64,000 nt of DNA. Origin: Candidatus Peregrinibacteria bacterium (GTDB taxonomy: Bacteria > Patescibacteriota > Gracilibacteria > UBA1369 > LOWO2-01-FULL-3). The notes below the pieces were generated by a model. The model did no database searches. It was not told the origin of the DNA and saw only the letters and a program-made list of their open reading frames with translations. Of the stretch, positions 40,645-50,868 are shown piece after piece. Position 1 is the stretch's first letter, and every line of letters starts with the position of its first letter. Where the stretch lies: positions 1,064 through 65,063 of the forward strand of contig JBDRNZ010000001.1 in assembly GCA_043810515.1 (NCBI GenBank), in the 5' to 3' direction. A program made the position numbers and the translations under genes.

Positions 40645-42375
40645 TTATATATTTTTAAGCAGCTCTGTCAAACTCTTGGTGTTTATAACATCGTTTTTTT
40701 CAAGCCAGCCGCGCCGAGCTACTCCGATGCCGTATTCCATAAAACTTTGCTGGTCTATCGTATGCGCGTCGGTCGCTATAGAAAACTTTGCGCCTCTGTC
40801 TTTCGCGATTTTTACATATCTGTCCAGCAGATCCAGCCTCAGCGGATTTGAATTGATCTCAATAACCACATTGTTTGCAACGCACGCGTCAATCACCTTA
40901 TTTACATCAAATTCCATAGAAGGCCGCCTGTTTATAAGTCTTCCGGTCGGATGCGCCAGAATAGTGGAATAAGGATTTTCTATCGCGGCAATAAGTCTTT
41001 TTGTCTGCTCCTTTTCGGACAGCCGGTGATACAGATGCGCGGCAATAATGACCAGATCAAGCTCCTTAAGAACATCATCCTCAAAATCGAGCGACCCGTC
41101 TTTCAAAATATCAACTTCCGAGGCTTTCAGGATCCGGATTTTTCCTTTGAATTTTTTGTTCAGAGCGTCGACCTCACGCCATTGTTTTTTTATATCTTTT
41201 TTTCCCATTCCTCCGGTCACGCCCATGACAGACGAATGATCAGCAATCGCGAAATATTCATATCCTTTATCCATAAATCCATGAGCCATTTCCTCAATTG
41301 TGTACTTGCCGTCGCTGTAAATACTGTGTGTGTGCAGATCGCCTCTTATATCTTTAAGTTCGATAAATTTCGGGAATTTTTTATGTTTGAGCCCGTACTC
41401 TATTTCACCTTCATCCCTTCTGATTTCAGGAATGATGTATGGAAGTCCGACGGCTTTAAAAACCTCTTCCTCAGTTTTTCCGGCAATTGTTTTTTTGCCT
41501 TTAAAGACACCGTATTCGCTCACTTTCAGGCCTTTCTTTTTCGCCATGTCACGTACCCTGATATTGTGAGCCTTGTTTCCGGTGAAATAATGCAGCGCCG
41601 CGCCGAAATTGTCGTCATCGACAACTCTTAAGTCCACGTGCATGCCGCTCTCAAGAAGAATCGTTGATTTTGTGTCCCCGAGTGCCATGATACTGATAGC
41701 GTCATCGTATTTGACAAAATATTTCATCACTTTTTCTCCGCTTTTCTCCGGATCTTTGACCGTTATAAGAATATCAATGTCTCCGATTGTCTCTTTTTGT
41801 CTCCTCAGACTTCCGGCATATTGAATATGTCTGACATCTGGACATTTTTTCATGTAATCGATAATGCGCAGAGCTTCCTGTTTTGCCTCGCTGATGAGCC
41901 TGCGTTCAATTGGAAATTTTGAAAACTCCTCAATCGCTTTCAGAATTTCCTGCTCGCTTTTCTCGCCCATACTTTCAAGCTTCTGAATTTTGTGCGCCTG
42001 CGCGGCGGCCTTTAATTCTTTGATGCTTTTAATTTTCAGTTTTGAATAGAGAAGTTTGACTTTTTTCGGTCCGAGCCCGCGAATATTAAGCATGTCCAAA
42101 AGGCCGGACGGAAAACCCTTTTTAAGTCTTTCGTGTTCTTTGCAGGAGCCGGTTTGGACAAGCTCCACTATTTTTTTTGCAAGATGCTCTCCGATTCCCG
42201 GAATTTTGGGAAGATCGCGCGGATTTTTGTCCACAACAACTCTCAGATCCGTAGGAAGATTGTAAATATTCAAAGCAGCTTTTTTGTATGCGTTCACTCG
42301 AAAAAAATCAGCACCTTTTATTTCGAGAATATCACCCATCTCCTCAAAAACCCTGGCTATTGCTTTATTGTCCAT
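40645..42375 (-). CDS. polX: Family X DNA polymerase with C-terminal PHP domain (PolX)
   Basis: 576 aa. N-terminal HhH/pol-beta-like region (GIGEHLAKKI, GSLRRQKETIGDIDIL). PHP motif GDLHTHSIYSDG. Confidence 0.9.
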   Translation of the reverse strand: MDNKAIARVFEEMGDILEIKGADFFRVNAYKKAALNIYNLPTDLRVVVDKNPRDLPKIPGIGEHLAKKIVELVQTGSCKEHERLKKGFPSGLLDMLNIRGLGPKKVKLLYSKLKIKSIKELKAAAQAHKIQKLESMGEKSEQEILKAIEEFSKFPIERRLISEAKQEALRIIDYMKKCPDVRHIQYAGSLRRQKETIGDIDILITVKDPEKSGEKVMKYFVKYDDAISIMALGDTKSTILLESGMHVDLRVVDDDNFGAALHYFTGNKAHNIRVRDMAKKKGLKVSEYGVFKGKKTIAGKTEEEVFKAVGLPYIIPEIRRDEGEIEYGLKHKKFPKFIELKDIRGDLHTHSIYSDGKYTIEEMAHGFMDKGYEYFAIADHSSVMGVTGGMGKKDIKKQWREVDALNKKFKGKIRILKASEVDILKDGSLDFEDDVLKELDLVIIAAHLYHRLSEKEQTKRLIAAIENPYSTILAHPTGRLINRRPSMEFDVNKVIDACVANNVVIEINSNPLRLDLLDRYVKIAKDRGAKFSIATDAHTIDQQSFMEYGIGVARRGWLEKNDVINTKSLTELLKNI

Positions 42376-43469
42376 AATGTCTTTTTAGCGGCATCTTTCC
42401 ACGAAAACAATTTTAACCTTTCTTGCCCCAGCTTAACAAGGTTTTCAACATATTCGTCATCGGCAACAATTCTTTCAATGCCAAGAGAAATCGCTTCAAC
42501 ATCATACGGATCAACATAATACGCCGCGTCCCCGGCGACTTCCGGCAGACATGAAACGTGTGACGTCAAAACGGGTTTCTTGTAATAAAACGCTTCAAAT
42601 ATCGGCAGGCCGAATCCTTCATAAAGTGACGGAAACAAAAACCCCTTGCAGTGCGCGTACAAAGCGGCCTTTTCCGCTTCGGTCACATATCCGGGCATAA
42701 TAACTTTGTCCATAAGATCTAGATGTTTCACGACTTTCAGAAGCTGTTCAAATCCCACTCCGCGTTTACCCGCCAGAATAAGCCGGTATTCCGGGTATTT
42801 TTTGCTGAAATCTTTAAAAGCCTCAACCAGCCTCACAAGATTTTTTTTGTTTTCAAGCCGCCCGATAAAAAAGAAGTATTTGGAACTTTTTATTATTTCA
42901 AAATATTTAAAAATATGAGAATTCTCAAATGCCCGCTCAATTTCCGCATCCGTGATTTCCGGCGGCGAAAAGCCATGGGGGATCACGACGATTTTTTCTT
43001 CCGGACAGTCGTAAAATTTTTTAAGATCACGTTTTGTCGCTTTACTCGGCACGACAATTTTCCCCGCATGTTTTACGGCAAATTTCGTACTCCAGTCCAG
43101 ATATTTATACTGAAAATATGAATACGATTTTTTTAAATGCCTGAACGCCACGTCATGAATAGTAATTACGCTTTTTTTCGGCAGCCGCAGCGGCAAAACA
43201 TGCGATGGCACAAAAAGCACATCCGGCGGATTTTTTTTCATTTCCCGGGAAAGTTTCCATATAGTCCACAGCCTCCTCGCCGGCAGAAACTTCACTTCAA
43301 TTCCGTCTTTATGCTTAATTTTCAGGTGCTCCCGCGAATAAAGAACCACGCTGTCTTCTTTGTTTTTCGAAACAAGCTCCAGTAAATGATTTATTATATT
43401 AAAACTGTACCACTCCACTCCCGTGGCTTCTTTATGCGCATATCTGGATGCATCAATTCCAATAATCAT
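42357..43469 (-). CDS. Glycosyltransferase family 4 (GT-B)
   Basis: 370 aa. FPSLYEGFGLPIFEAFYYKKPV motif. Confidence 0.85.
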   Translation of the reverse strand: MIIGIDASRYAHKEATGVEWYSFNIINHLLELVSKNKEDSVVLYSREHLKIKHKDGIEVKFLPARRLWTIWKLSREMKKNPPDVLFVPSHVLPLRLPKKSVITIHDVAFRHLKKSYSYFQYKYLDWSTKFAVKHAGKIVVPSKATKRDLKKFYDCPEEKIVVIPHGFSPPEITDAEIERAFENSHIFKYFEIIKSSKYFFFIGRLENKKNLVRLVEAFKDFSKKYPEYRLILAGKRGVGFEQLLKVVKHLDLMDKVIMPGYVTEAEKAALYAHCKGFLFPSLYEGFGLPIFEAFYYKKPVLTSHVSCLPEVAGDAAYYVDPYDVEAISLGIERIVADDEYVENLVKLGQERLKLFSWKDAAKKTLWTIKQ

Positions 43470-43481
43470 GTTTTGATCTTA

Positions 43482-44207
43482 TCACCGCCCTCTTGCCAGA
43501 ACAAGTCCGCACACATATCCGGCTCCGGCCTCTTTCAAAACTTTGCCGCACTCATTCATAGTGCTTCCGGTAGTCGCGACATCGTCGATCAGCAGCACCA
43601 CGCCGCTTTTCAAAATTTCCCCAAATCCTTCACAAATCCCGACCGCTCCGCACAGATTTTTCATTCTTTCAGTTTTGTGCAGTTTAGCCTGATCCGCGTG
43701 ATATTCATGCCTTTTTAGGCAATCGCACAGTCGCAGTTTCTCCGCCCCGCGCACGAGAATTTCAGCGAGCAGTTTCGTCTGGTTGAAGCCCCTGATTTTT
43801 AATTTTTTTTTGTGAATGGGAACAGGTACGACAAAAATTTTTCCCGACAGAGGCGGCAGAAGGCTTTGGAATTCGGAAAATCTATCCGCCATAATTTTTC
43901 CCAAAAAATCCTTAAGTTCCCTCGAAAATTTATATTTAAATCTGACCATAAGTTTCTGAAAAAGTCCGCCCCGCCTATATTCCAGACACACCAACAGCTG
44001 ATCAAAACAAAATTCTTCCGCGCACATCCCTGAGCAAAACCTCCCGTTCAGATTTATTTTTCTGCACGACGGACAAACCTGATATTTTAAAATCCGGATT
44101 TTCTTAAGACATTTTTCGCATATATGATCGCCTTCCGCCCCGCACCCGGCGCAAAATTTCGGAAAAACCAGATCCAGTAAAAATTTTTTAATTCCAATAT
44201 TTCCCAT
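43482..44207 (-). CDS. comF: ComF-family phosphoribosyltransferase-domain protein
   Basis: 241 aa. N-terminal Cys-rich Zn finger. PRPP-binding loop VVLLIDDVATTGSTM. Confidence 0.8.
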   Translation of the reverse strand: MGNIGIKKFLLDLVFPKFCAGCGAEGDHICEKCLKKIRILKYQVCPSCRKINLNGRFCSGMCAEEFCFDQLLVCLEYRRGGLFQKLMVRFKYKFSRELKDFLGKIMADRFSEFQSLLPPLSGKIFVVPVPIHKKKLKIRGFNQTKLLAEILVRGAEKLRLCDCLKRHEYHADQAKLHKTERMKNLCGAVGICEGFGEILKSGVVLLIDDVATTGSTMNECGKVLKEAGAGYVCGLVLARGR

Positions 44208-44322
44208 ACCATACCGATATCAGAAAAATTTTAAAAAAACCTAAAATTTTCCTAAAATCATCTTGGAAAATCTCCGGAATTGTAAAAACAAATCCGATTT
44301 GCTAGATTGGCAACACGATTAT

Positions 44323-44880
44323 ATGTCTCATATATACCTGATTTTAATAGCAGTAGGCTTGTCCATCGATTCTTTTGCGGTGTCGATAAGCTGTGGCGTG
44401 CGAACGAAAAATTTACGCTTTGGGAATATTACAAAGACGGCTTTAATTTTTGGAATTTTTCAGGGAATCATGCCGGTAATCGGCTGGCTGACCGGCAATG
44501 GCCTTAAAAGCATAATCACCGGAATCGATCACTGGATTGCATTCTCATTGCTTTTGATTATAGGTTTGAAAATGATTTATCCCATGGGAAAACAATGCGA
44601 AGAAATAAAAGAAGATGTGTCTTTTAAAATTCCGACACTTCTCATCCTCGGATTGGCAACAAGCATCGATGCTCTGGCAGTCGGAATAAGCTTTGCGTTC
44701 CTTAAAACTCCCATTTTGCAACCAGCCCTGATTATCGCGGGCGTAACTGCCTTATTTTCAATAATAGGTCTGATAATCGGCAACAAAATAGGCCATTTTT
44801 TTGAAAAACATATCCAGATATTGGGTGGAATAGTTTTAATTGGAATCGGAATAAAAATTCTAATTGAACATTTAAGCTGA
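44323..44880 (+). CDS. mntP: Manganese efflux pump MntP (DUF204)
   Basis: Start chosen at MSHIYLILIAVGLSIDSFAVS. Duplicated SIDxxAVG motif, 6 TM helices. Confidence 0.85.
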   Translation: MSHIYLILIAVGLSIDSFAVSISCGVRTKNLRFGNITKTALIFGIFQGIMPVIGWLTGNGLKSIITGIDHWIAFSLLLIIGLKMIYPMGKQCEEIKEDVSFKIPTLLILGLATSIDALAVGISFAFLKTPILQPALIIAGVTALFSIIGLIIGNKIGHFFEKHIQILGGIVLIGIGIKILIEHLS

Positions 44881-44949
44881 AAAAGCTCCTTGCAGCCGGA
44901 CGGTTTTGTGTGTAGACTCTGCCGGATTCCATATTTTTAATATTTAGGA

Positions 44950-46758
44950 ATGGAAATCAGAAATATTGCCATAATAGCTCACGTCGACCACGGAAAAACA
45001 ACTCTTGTCGATGCGCTTTTAAAAGCGGGCGGTGCGTTCAAAAATTACCAGCACGTAGAAGAACGCGTTATGGACAGCAACGATCTTGAAAAAGAACGCG
45101 GCATTACGATCTACGCGAAAAACGCGGCAATCACATACAAAGACACTAAAATCAACATAGTGGACACGCCCGGACACGCGGATTTTGGATCCGAGGTGGA
45201 ACGCGTGCTTAGAACCGTTGACGCGACAATCTTGCTCGTCGACGCGTTTGAAGGCCCGATGCCGCAGACAAAATTCGTCCTTAAAAAATCCCTCGAACTG
45301 GGTCTGAAAGTTCTTGTTGTAATAAACAAAATCGATCGTCCGATGTCCAGGCCGGACAAAGTTGTTGATATGGTTTTTGACCTTTTTGTGACGCTTGGCG
45401 CGAGTGAACAGCAGCTTGATTTTCCATACATGTACACAATTGCCAAAGAGGGGATAGCCATAAAGAAATTAACGGATGAAAAGAAAGACATAACACCTCT
45501 TCTGGATTTTATTCTTGAAAATGTGAAGCCTGCGAACGGGGATACGGATGCGGATTTTCGAATGCAGCCGGCCACTCTTAATTACGATAATTTTTTGGGA
45601 AGAATTGCTATTGGAAGAGTATATGAAGGAAAATTAAAAGCCGGACAAAATGTTTTTGTAATAAACCCGGATAACGAAAAACGCGCCGAAAAAATTACGA
45701 AAATTTTTACATTTCAGGGGCTTTTACGAATGGAAACCGCAGAAGCCGTCGCGGGAGACATTGTGGCTCTTGCCGGTATACCGGATATTTATGTCGGGGA
45801 AACGATCACGACCTCCGAAAAAGCTGAAGCCCTGCCTGCAATTAAAATTGATCCGCCGGCTCTTGCAATGGAATTTATGGTGAACACATCGCCGTTTGCC
45901 GGACGCGAAGGTAAATACGTGACAAGCCGTCATATTCGCGCAAGACTGGAAAAGGAACTCGAAACAAACGTCGGCTTAAAAGTGGAGGAAACATCGTCGG
46001 GCGGAGAGTGCTTCAAGGTTTACGGCAGAGGCGAAATGCATTTAACGGTATTAATTGAAAACATGAGACGTGAAGGCTTTGAACTTCAGGTTTCCCAGCC
46101 CAAAATCATCACGGAAAAAAGAGACGGCGAAATCTACGAACCAATCGAATTCGCTGTCATAAACGTACCTGACGAAATGAGTGGACGCGTCATTGAGGCC
46201 TTGAATAAAAGACGCGGCGAAATGCAGAATATGAAGTCCGAAAACGGAAATACCACGCTCGAATTTGAAGTCCCGACACGCGGCCTTCTTGGCTTCCGGT
46301 CAACGTTTATCCTTCTCACGCACGGCGAAGGCACGCTTTATCATTCATTTGATAGATTTGATAAATACAGAGGAGACATCGAAAAACGCGGCGTCGGATC
46401 CATGATATCTGGAGAAAACGGCTCAACAATGGCTTATTCCTTATGGAAACTTCAGGAAAGAGGCCCGTTGTTTGTTCATCCCGCGACGGAGGTTTATGAA
46501 GGAATGATTATTGGCGAACACAACCGCGGAAAAGACCTTATTGTTAATCCGATAAAAAACAAACAGCTTACAAATGTCCGTGCCTCCGGCTCAGACGAAG
46601 CGCTTACCCTAAGCCCCATAACGAAAATGACGCTGGAAAAAGCTGTCGAATATATTCAGGATGACGAATTTGTTGAAATCACCCCGAAAAGCATCCGTCT
46701 CCGCAAAAAATTCCTCACGGAAAACGAAAGAAAAAGAAATCGCCGCGATGAAGATTAA
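44950..46758 (+). CDS. typA: Translational GTPase TypA/BipA
   Basis: 602 aa. [17 protein letters not shown] and NKID motifs. BipA-like C-terminus. Confidence 0.96.
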   Translation: MEIRNIAIIAHVDHGKTTLVDALLKAGGAFKNYQHVEERVMDSNDLEKERGITIYAKNAAITYKDTKINIVDTPGHADFGSEVERVLRTVDATILLVDAFEGPMPQTKFVLKKSLELGLKVLVVINKIDRPMSRPDKVVDMVFDLFVTLGASEQQLDFPYMYTIAKEGIAIKKLTDEKKDITPLLDFILENVKPANGDTDADFRMQPATLNYDNFLGRIAIGRVYEGKLKAGQNVFVINPDNEKRAEKITKIFTFQGLLRMETAEAVAGDIVALAGIPDIYVGETITTSEKAEALPAIKIDPPALAMEFMVNTSPFAGREGKYVTSRHIRARLEKELETNVGLKVEETSSGGECFKVYGRGEMHLTVLIENMRREGFELQVSQPKIITEKRDGEIYEPIEFAVINVPDEMSGRVIEALNKRRGEMQNMKSENGNTTLEFEVPTRGLLGFRSTFILLTHGEGTLYHSFDRFDKYRGDIEKRGVGSMISGENGSTMAYSLWKLQERGPLFVHPATEVYEGMIIGEHNRGKDLIVNPIKNKQLTNVRASGSDEALTLSPITKMTLEKAVEYIQDDEFVEITPKSIRLRKKFLTENERKRNRRDED

Positions 46759-46769
46759 AAGCCGGCATA

Positions 46770-46798
46770 TTGACATACGGAAGGATTTATTGTAGAAT
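46770..46798 (+). promoter_or_regulatory. Sigma70-type promoter TTGACA-17-TAGAAT
   Basis: Hexamers read directly, 45 nt upstream of the helicase ATG. Confidence 0.55.
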
Positions 46799-46843
46799 AA
46801 GCGTTCTAGTCAAAGTCATCCTTTATTTTATTTCAAACTTATC

Positions 46844-48064
46844 ATGACATTCGAAAATTTAAATATCATTCCCGAAATCCTTGATGCGGTCAAAAGGGAG
46901 AACTACACCGAACCCACTCCGATCCAGGAGCAAGCGATTCCGGCCGTTCTGGAGGGAAAAGACCTCATAGGATGCGCGCAGACGGGAACTGGAAAAACAG
47001 CGGCTTTTGCCATTCCAATTTTGCAAATCATTAAACAGAAACAGGGTTTTACGCCTGGAAGAAGGATAATTCGCGCCCTGATCTTATCGCCGACCCGCGA
47101 ACTCGCGATGCAGATTGGTGAAAGGTTTTCGGCTTACGGAAAATTCACCGGTTTGAGGCACGCTGTAATTTACGGCGGCGTTAGGCAGCATTCACAGGTG
47201 AGAAGTTTACGGGAGGGCGTGGACATTTTGATTGCAACTCCGGGCAGGCTGCTGGATTTGATGAATCAGAAATTTGTAAATCTCAGCCAGCTGAAAATAT
47301 TAACGCTGGACGAGGCCGATCGGATGCTTGATATGGGATTTATTCATGACGTGAAAAAAATAATTGCAAAAGTGCCCGTTGATCGCCAGACACTCTTTTT
47401 CTCGGCAACAATGCCAACCGCAATAGTGGAGCTTAGCCGTAGCATTCTGAAAGATCCGGTAAAAGTTTCGGTTTCGCCGGTCAATCCTTCCGCTGAGAAT
47501 GTTACTCAGGAATTATATTATGTGGAAAAAGGGGATAAGGGCGCGCTTTTGATTCATATATTGCAAAAAAAATCGGTTTCCTCAGCTCTGGTTTTTACAC
47601 GCACCAAGCATGGAGCGGACAAAGTCGCAAAAAAAATAAAAATGTCCGGAATCGCCTCCGAAGCCATTCATGGAAATAAATCGCAAAACGCCAGACAAAG
47701 AGCGCTCTCGAATTTCAAAACCGGAAAAACCACAGTTCTCGTGGCCACGGACATTGCTTCAAGAGGAATTGATATAGACGATTTATCACATGTAATCAAT
47801 TACGAAATTCCAAACGAACCGGAAACATATATTCATAGAATCGGCAGAACCGGAAGAGCCGGAGCAAGCGGAATAGCTATCTCTTTCTGCGACCGCGAAG
47901 AACAATTTTTCATCAAAGACATAAACCGCCTCATCCTAAAACCAATCCCGATTGTAGAGGATCACCCGTTCCGTATCACTGACCTGCGTCCACCCGAAAA
48001 CTTTTCCCGAAAACCTTCAAATCAAAACGGCCGAAGACGCTTCCACCGAAACAGGAATAGATAA
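46844..48064 (+). CDS. DEAD-box ATP-dependent RNA helicase
   Basis: 406 aa. Q motif, AQTGTGKT, DEAD, SAT and HRIGRTGR motifs. Confidence 0.93.
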   Translation: MTFENLNIIPEILDAVKRENYTEPTPIQEQAIPAVLEGKDLIGCAQTGTGKTAAFAIPILQIIKQKQGFTPGRRIIRALILSPTRELAMQIGERFSAYGKFTGLRHAVIYGGVRQHSQVRSLREGVDILIATPGRLLDLMNQKFVNLSQLKILTLDEADRMLDMGFIHDVKKIIAKVPVDRQTLFFSATMPTAIVELSRSILKDPVKVSVSPVNPSAENVTQELYYVEKGDKGALLIHILQKKSVSSALVFTRTKHGADKVAKKIKMSGIASEAIHGNKSQNARQRALSNFKTGKTTVLVATDIASRGIDIDDLSHVINYEIPNEPETYIHRIGRTGRAGASGIAISFCDREEQFFIKDINRLILKPIPIVEDHPFRITDLRPPENFSRKPSNQNGRRRFHRNRNR

Positions 48065-48071
48065 AAATCTC

Positions 48072-48148
48072 TGGTGGGCGATAGTGGATTCGAACCACTG
48101 ACCTTCCGCAAGTCAAGCGGACACTCTAGCCAACTGAGCTAATCGCCC
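48072..48148 (-). tRNA. tRNA-Val (anticodon GAC), CCA encoded
   Basis: Reverse complement: GGGCGAT-TA-GCTC-AGTTGGCTA-GAGT-G-TCCGC-TTGACTT-GCGGA-AGGTC-AGTGG-TTCGAAT-CCACT-ATCGCCC-ACCA. Confidence 0.95.
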
Positions 48149-48257
48149 ATATGTTTTAAGCTTAGACATTTTATAAACAATCGACGGAAATGTCTATAAA
48201 TTCCTTGAAGTATCTGAATTATATGATTAAAATAGGCCTGTTATAAACAATTTTAAA

Positions 48258-49052
48258 ATGAATGATCAAGACGACAAAAAAATAAATCCACAACAGGGAG
48301 GATCAACGCCGCCACCAGCAGGAGGCACACCGCCACCTGGAGGAGCAACACCAACTCCGCCAACTCCGCCAACCCCGCCGAGCCCACCGACTCCACCACC
48401 GCAAGGCCCACCGACTCCACCGCCGCAAGGCCCACCAACCCCGCCACCCGGAGGCTACCCGCCGCCGGGAAATTATCCGCCACCCGGAGGCTATCCGCCG
48501 CCCGGAGGCTATCCGCCGCCCGGAGGCTATCCGCCGCCCGGAAATTATCCGCCACCCGGAGCCTATCCGCCGCCCGGAGGCTATCCGCCACCTGGAGGCT
48601 ATGCCCCACAAGGAGGCTATCCGCCGCCAACAGGCATGCCGCCAGCCGGGACTCCGCAGCCGGAGGACACTACTCCCGCAAATTTTCAGCTGGGAACAAA
48701 ATTCCCGCCACAGCTTAAAATTCACGCTCCAAAAAGCGAACTAAAATACGATGATGAACATTTTATCCGACTGCTCGCCGGCTCGATTTCCCTTTCAAAA
48801 GACGAAAAAAAGAAAATCATCCAGACAATTCCAAAGCTGAAACAGAGTCAGGTAGACGAACTTATAAGAATTTTTGAAGAGGAAAAACAGAAATTTGCCG
48901 CGCTGTCGCAGAAACATGTTCCACAGCTCGAAAAACTCGCACAGCAGCATTTCAACGACTGGGTCGATCTTGAATCTGAAATGGAGCAGGAAGGGAAGAA
49001 AAAAGCGGACGAAGGAAAAGCTGATGAAATCAGAAAAAATCTGGGACTTTAA
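48258..49052 (+). CDS. Pro/Gly-rich repeat protein with a conserved helical C-terminal module
   Basis: 264 aa. N-terminal 130 aa of PPTPP and G(G/N/A)YPPP repeats. The C-terminus (LSKDEKKKIIQTIPKLKQSQVDELIRIFEEEKQKF) is similar to the module in 34426..34908. Confidence 0.65.
   Translation: MNDQDDKKINPQQGGSTPPPAGGTPPPGGATPTPPTPPTPPSPPTPPPQGPPTPPPQGPPTPPPGGYPPPGNYPPPGGYPPPGGYPPPGGYPPPGNYPPPGAYPPPGGYPPPGGYAPQGGYPPPTGMPPAGTPQPEDTTPANFQLGTKFPPQLKIHAPKSELKYDDEHFIRLLAGSISLSKDEKKKIIQTIPKLKQSQVDELIRIFEEEKQKFAALSQKHVPQLEKLAQQHFNDWVDLESEMEQEGKKKADEGKADEIRKNLGL
48450..48629 (+). repeat. About ten tandem 18-nt (G-x-Y-P-P-P) coding repeats
   Basis: Units ggaggctatccgccgccc and close variants, read directly in frame. 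Confidence 0.85.
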
Positions 49053-49108
49053 AAAATAAGCCCGATATAATAATCTTGTAAGACTATCTCATTCCTTAAT
49101 AAAAAATC

Positions 49109-49684
49109 ATGAAAAAAACAGCAATACTTATTTTTGCGCTGGCGTCTGCCCTGACGGTTTTGACGGCATGTTCACAGTCGGAACCGGTAACTCCAAGCGC
49201 GGACAGCATCCTTGACGATCAGATTTTTACCACGGCAACCGGTGCGCAGGACTTGGAAAAATGCTCGGAAATACTGAGCTCCACCAAAAAGGACGAATGT
49301 AAAATGGTGGTGGAGAGCCTGAACGTAACGGACGAAGCGGTAAAAAACGTAGACAAATCAGCCTGCAACGCCATCACCGATGAGCGCTACAAAGACAACT
49401 GCATCAACAGCGTCGAGGCACAGCTCGCATACCAGAATCGGGCTGAAACATATCAGGAAGACATTCAAAAACAGCAGGAAGAAAATGCTTCTATCCAATC
49501 GAGGGCAACGGCAAAAAAAGACGCGGACATTTGCAATGAAATGAAAGATGATAATCAAAAATATTCCTGCCGATACAACGTGCTTGCAGATCAGGCAATA
49601 GAGAAGAAAGATGCCTCAATATGCGAAGATATCGATGAATCAATATTTATTGAGAAATGCAAAGAAGCGGTAAACAGCTTATAA
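49109..49684 (+). CDS. Cys-containing lipoprotein, hypothetical
   Basis: 191 aa. Lipobox LTVLTACSQS. Recurring K(D/K)..C motifs. Confidence 0.6.
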   Translation: MKKTAILIFALASALTVLTACSQSEPVTPSADSILDDQIFTTATGAQDLEKCSEILSSTKKDECKMVVESLNVTDEAVKNVDKSACNAITDERYKDNCINSVEAQLAYQNRAETYQEDIQKQQEENASIQSRATAKKDADICNEMKDDNQKYSCRYNVLADQAIEKKDASICEDIDESIFIEKCKEAVNSL

Positions 49685-50515
49685 ACCCATCGGATCTAGG
49701 CACAAAGCATAGAGAGTAACAGTAAGAGAACCTGCTGTGGTGTTTTTTAATGCTGACCAACAGGTATTACTGGAGGGATAAAGTGCCAAAACATCAACAG
49801 CCCCTGCGATATACCCACAACTTACAAGATATTCCCCTGCATTGCATACGGTGGATTTAGATACAAGTGCCCCAGCTGATATTGAATTTGAAGTAAATCG
49901 GCGATTATAAGTTCCGAATTTAGTTGCCTGGACATTGCCGGTCACGACCAGATTTGCGTCACTGACTGTTACCTGGTTTAAATAAGCAAAAGTAGCAGAA
50001 TGATTAACCGAATCAAGAGTTAGAGTGGGATCTTCCCCGCTACCCATTGAGGTTAAATGTAGTGCCGAATTATTAGGTGATGACACATTTGTTATTTTTG
50101 ATAAAACCAAACTTGTAACAGGATTTAAAGTGTTTACATTCACCGTACCGCCAAAAGTAACACTATTTAAAAATGTAGTAGCTCCATTAACATTCATACC
50201 TCCCGTTACTTCCACTCTCGCACCTGAAACATCTATACTTGAACTGTAAGGATCAGATCCTGAGACAGTACCGTCAACAGTCATATTTCCACCGACATTA
50301 ACGTCATCGCTCACATCAGCAGTATTTACGGTCAATCCGCCGTTTACACCGGCACTTCCTGTAACAGTTAAACCTGTAAAGGTCGGAGCGACTCCTGGTC
50401 CAGGAGGCTCATAAGTGGGCGCGCCGACTGCGGCATTCATCCCAAATATTAAAACTCCCGCAAGTACGGCAAGCCCTCCTGTAACTAAAGCGACTTTGAG
50501 TCCTTTATTTTTCAT
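49679..50515 (-). CDS. Secreted or anchored repeat (beta-helix-like) protein with a Cys-containing C-terminal domain
   Basis: 278 aa. N-terminal TM. G/T/V/N-rich short repeats (GLTVTGSAGVNGGLTVNTADVSDDVNVGGNMTVDGTVSG). No family recognised. Confidence 0.55.
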   Translation of the reverse strand: MKNKGLKVALVTGGLAVLAGVLIFGMNAAVGAPTYEPPGPGVAPTFTGLTVTGSAGVNGGLTVNTADVSDDVNVGGNMTVDGTVSGSDPYSSSIDVSGARVEVTGGMNVNGATTFLNSVTFGGTVNVNTLNPVTSLVLSKITNVSSPNNSALHLTSMGSGEDPTLTLDSVNHSATFAYLNQVTVSDANLVVTGNVQATKFGTYNRRFTSNSISAGALVSKSTVCNAGEYLVSCGYIAGAVDVLALYPSSNTCWSALKNTTAGSLTVTLYALCLDPMGL

Positions 50516-50684
50516 TTTTATTTTTGTTAAATTTAATTACATTCTAACATAAAAACGTTTCCCTGACAAGCCCCCTGTGGCCAGTCAGTCCGACATGTCC
50601 GGACCTGTTCTTCCATTCGCAAATGTAAAAAAGTAAAAAATAAAGCATACACCCGCCTCGCCCCCAAGATTCCCGCAAGCAAAA

Positions 50685-50712
50685 GCCAAACCCCAATCGC
50701 CGGCGATGAATC
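50685..50712 (+). repeat. Copy 1 of the GC-palindrome motif (GCCAAACCCCAATCGCCGGCGATGAATC)
   Basis: 26/28 identical to 55882-55909. The core ATCGCCGGCGAT is a 12-nt palindrome. Confidence 0.9.
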
Positions 50713-50740
50713 AAAAAATAATCTCTAGATATAGCAACCC

Positions 50741-50856
50741 GCCGCCAAGCCCCGCCGCCAAGCCCCGCCGCCAAGCCCCGCCGCCAAAACCCGCCGCCAA
50801 AACCCGCCGCCAAAACCCGCCGCCAAAACCCGCCGCCAAAACCCGCCGCCAAAATC
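50741..50856. repeat. 13-nt tandem repeat: 3 x GCCGCCAAGCCCC, then 5 x GCCGCCAAAACCC, then a partial unit
   Basis: Units counted base by base. Intergenic, lying between the stop of 50869..52692 and the promoter region of 49679..50515. Confidence 0.95.
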
Positions 50857-50868
50857 TGTATCCGGTCC

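Noticed and set aside
48163-48196. 9-bp inverted repeat TAGACATTT-N16-AAATGTCTA between tRNA-Val and the Pro/Gly-rich gene
   Set aside because: It is a real inverted repeat but an isolated one, with a long loop and no T-run. It could be an operator, but nothing else supports a specific function.
48253-48725. Minus-strand ORFs (125 aa and 140 aa) opposite the Pro/Gly repeat gene
   Set aside because: They are antisense artefacts of the GC-rich 18-nt coding repeat. The sense frame continues into a non-repetitive, plausible C-terminal domain.
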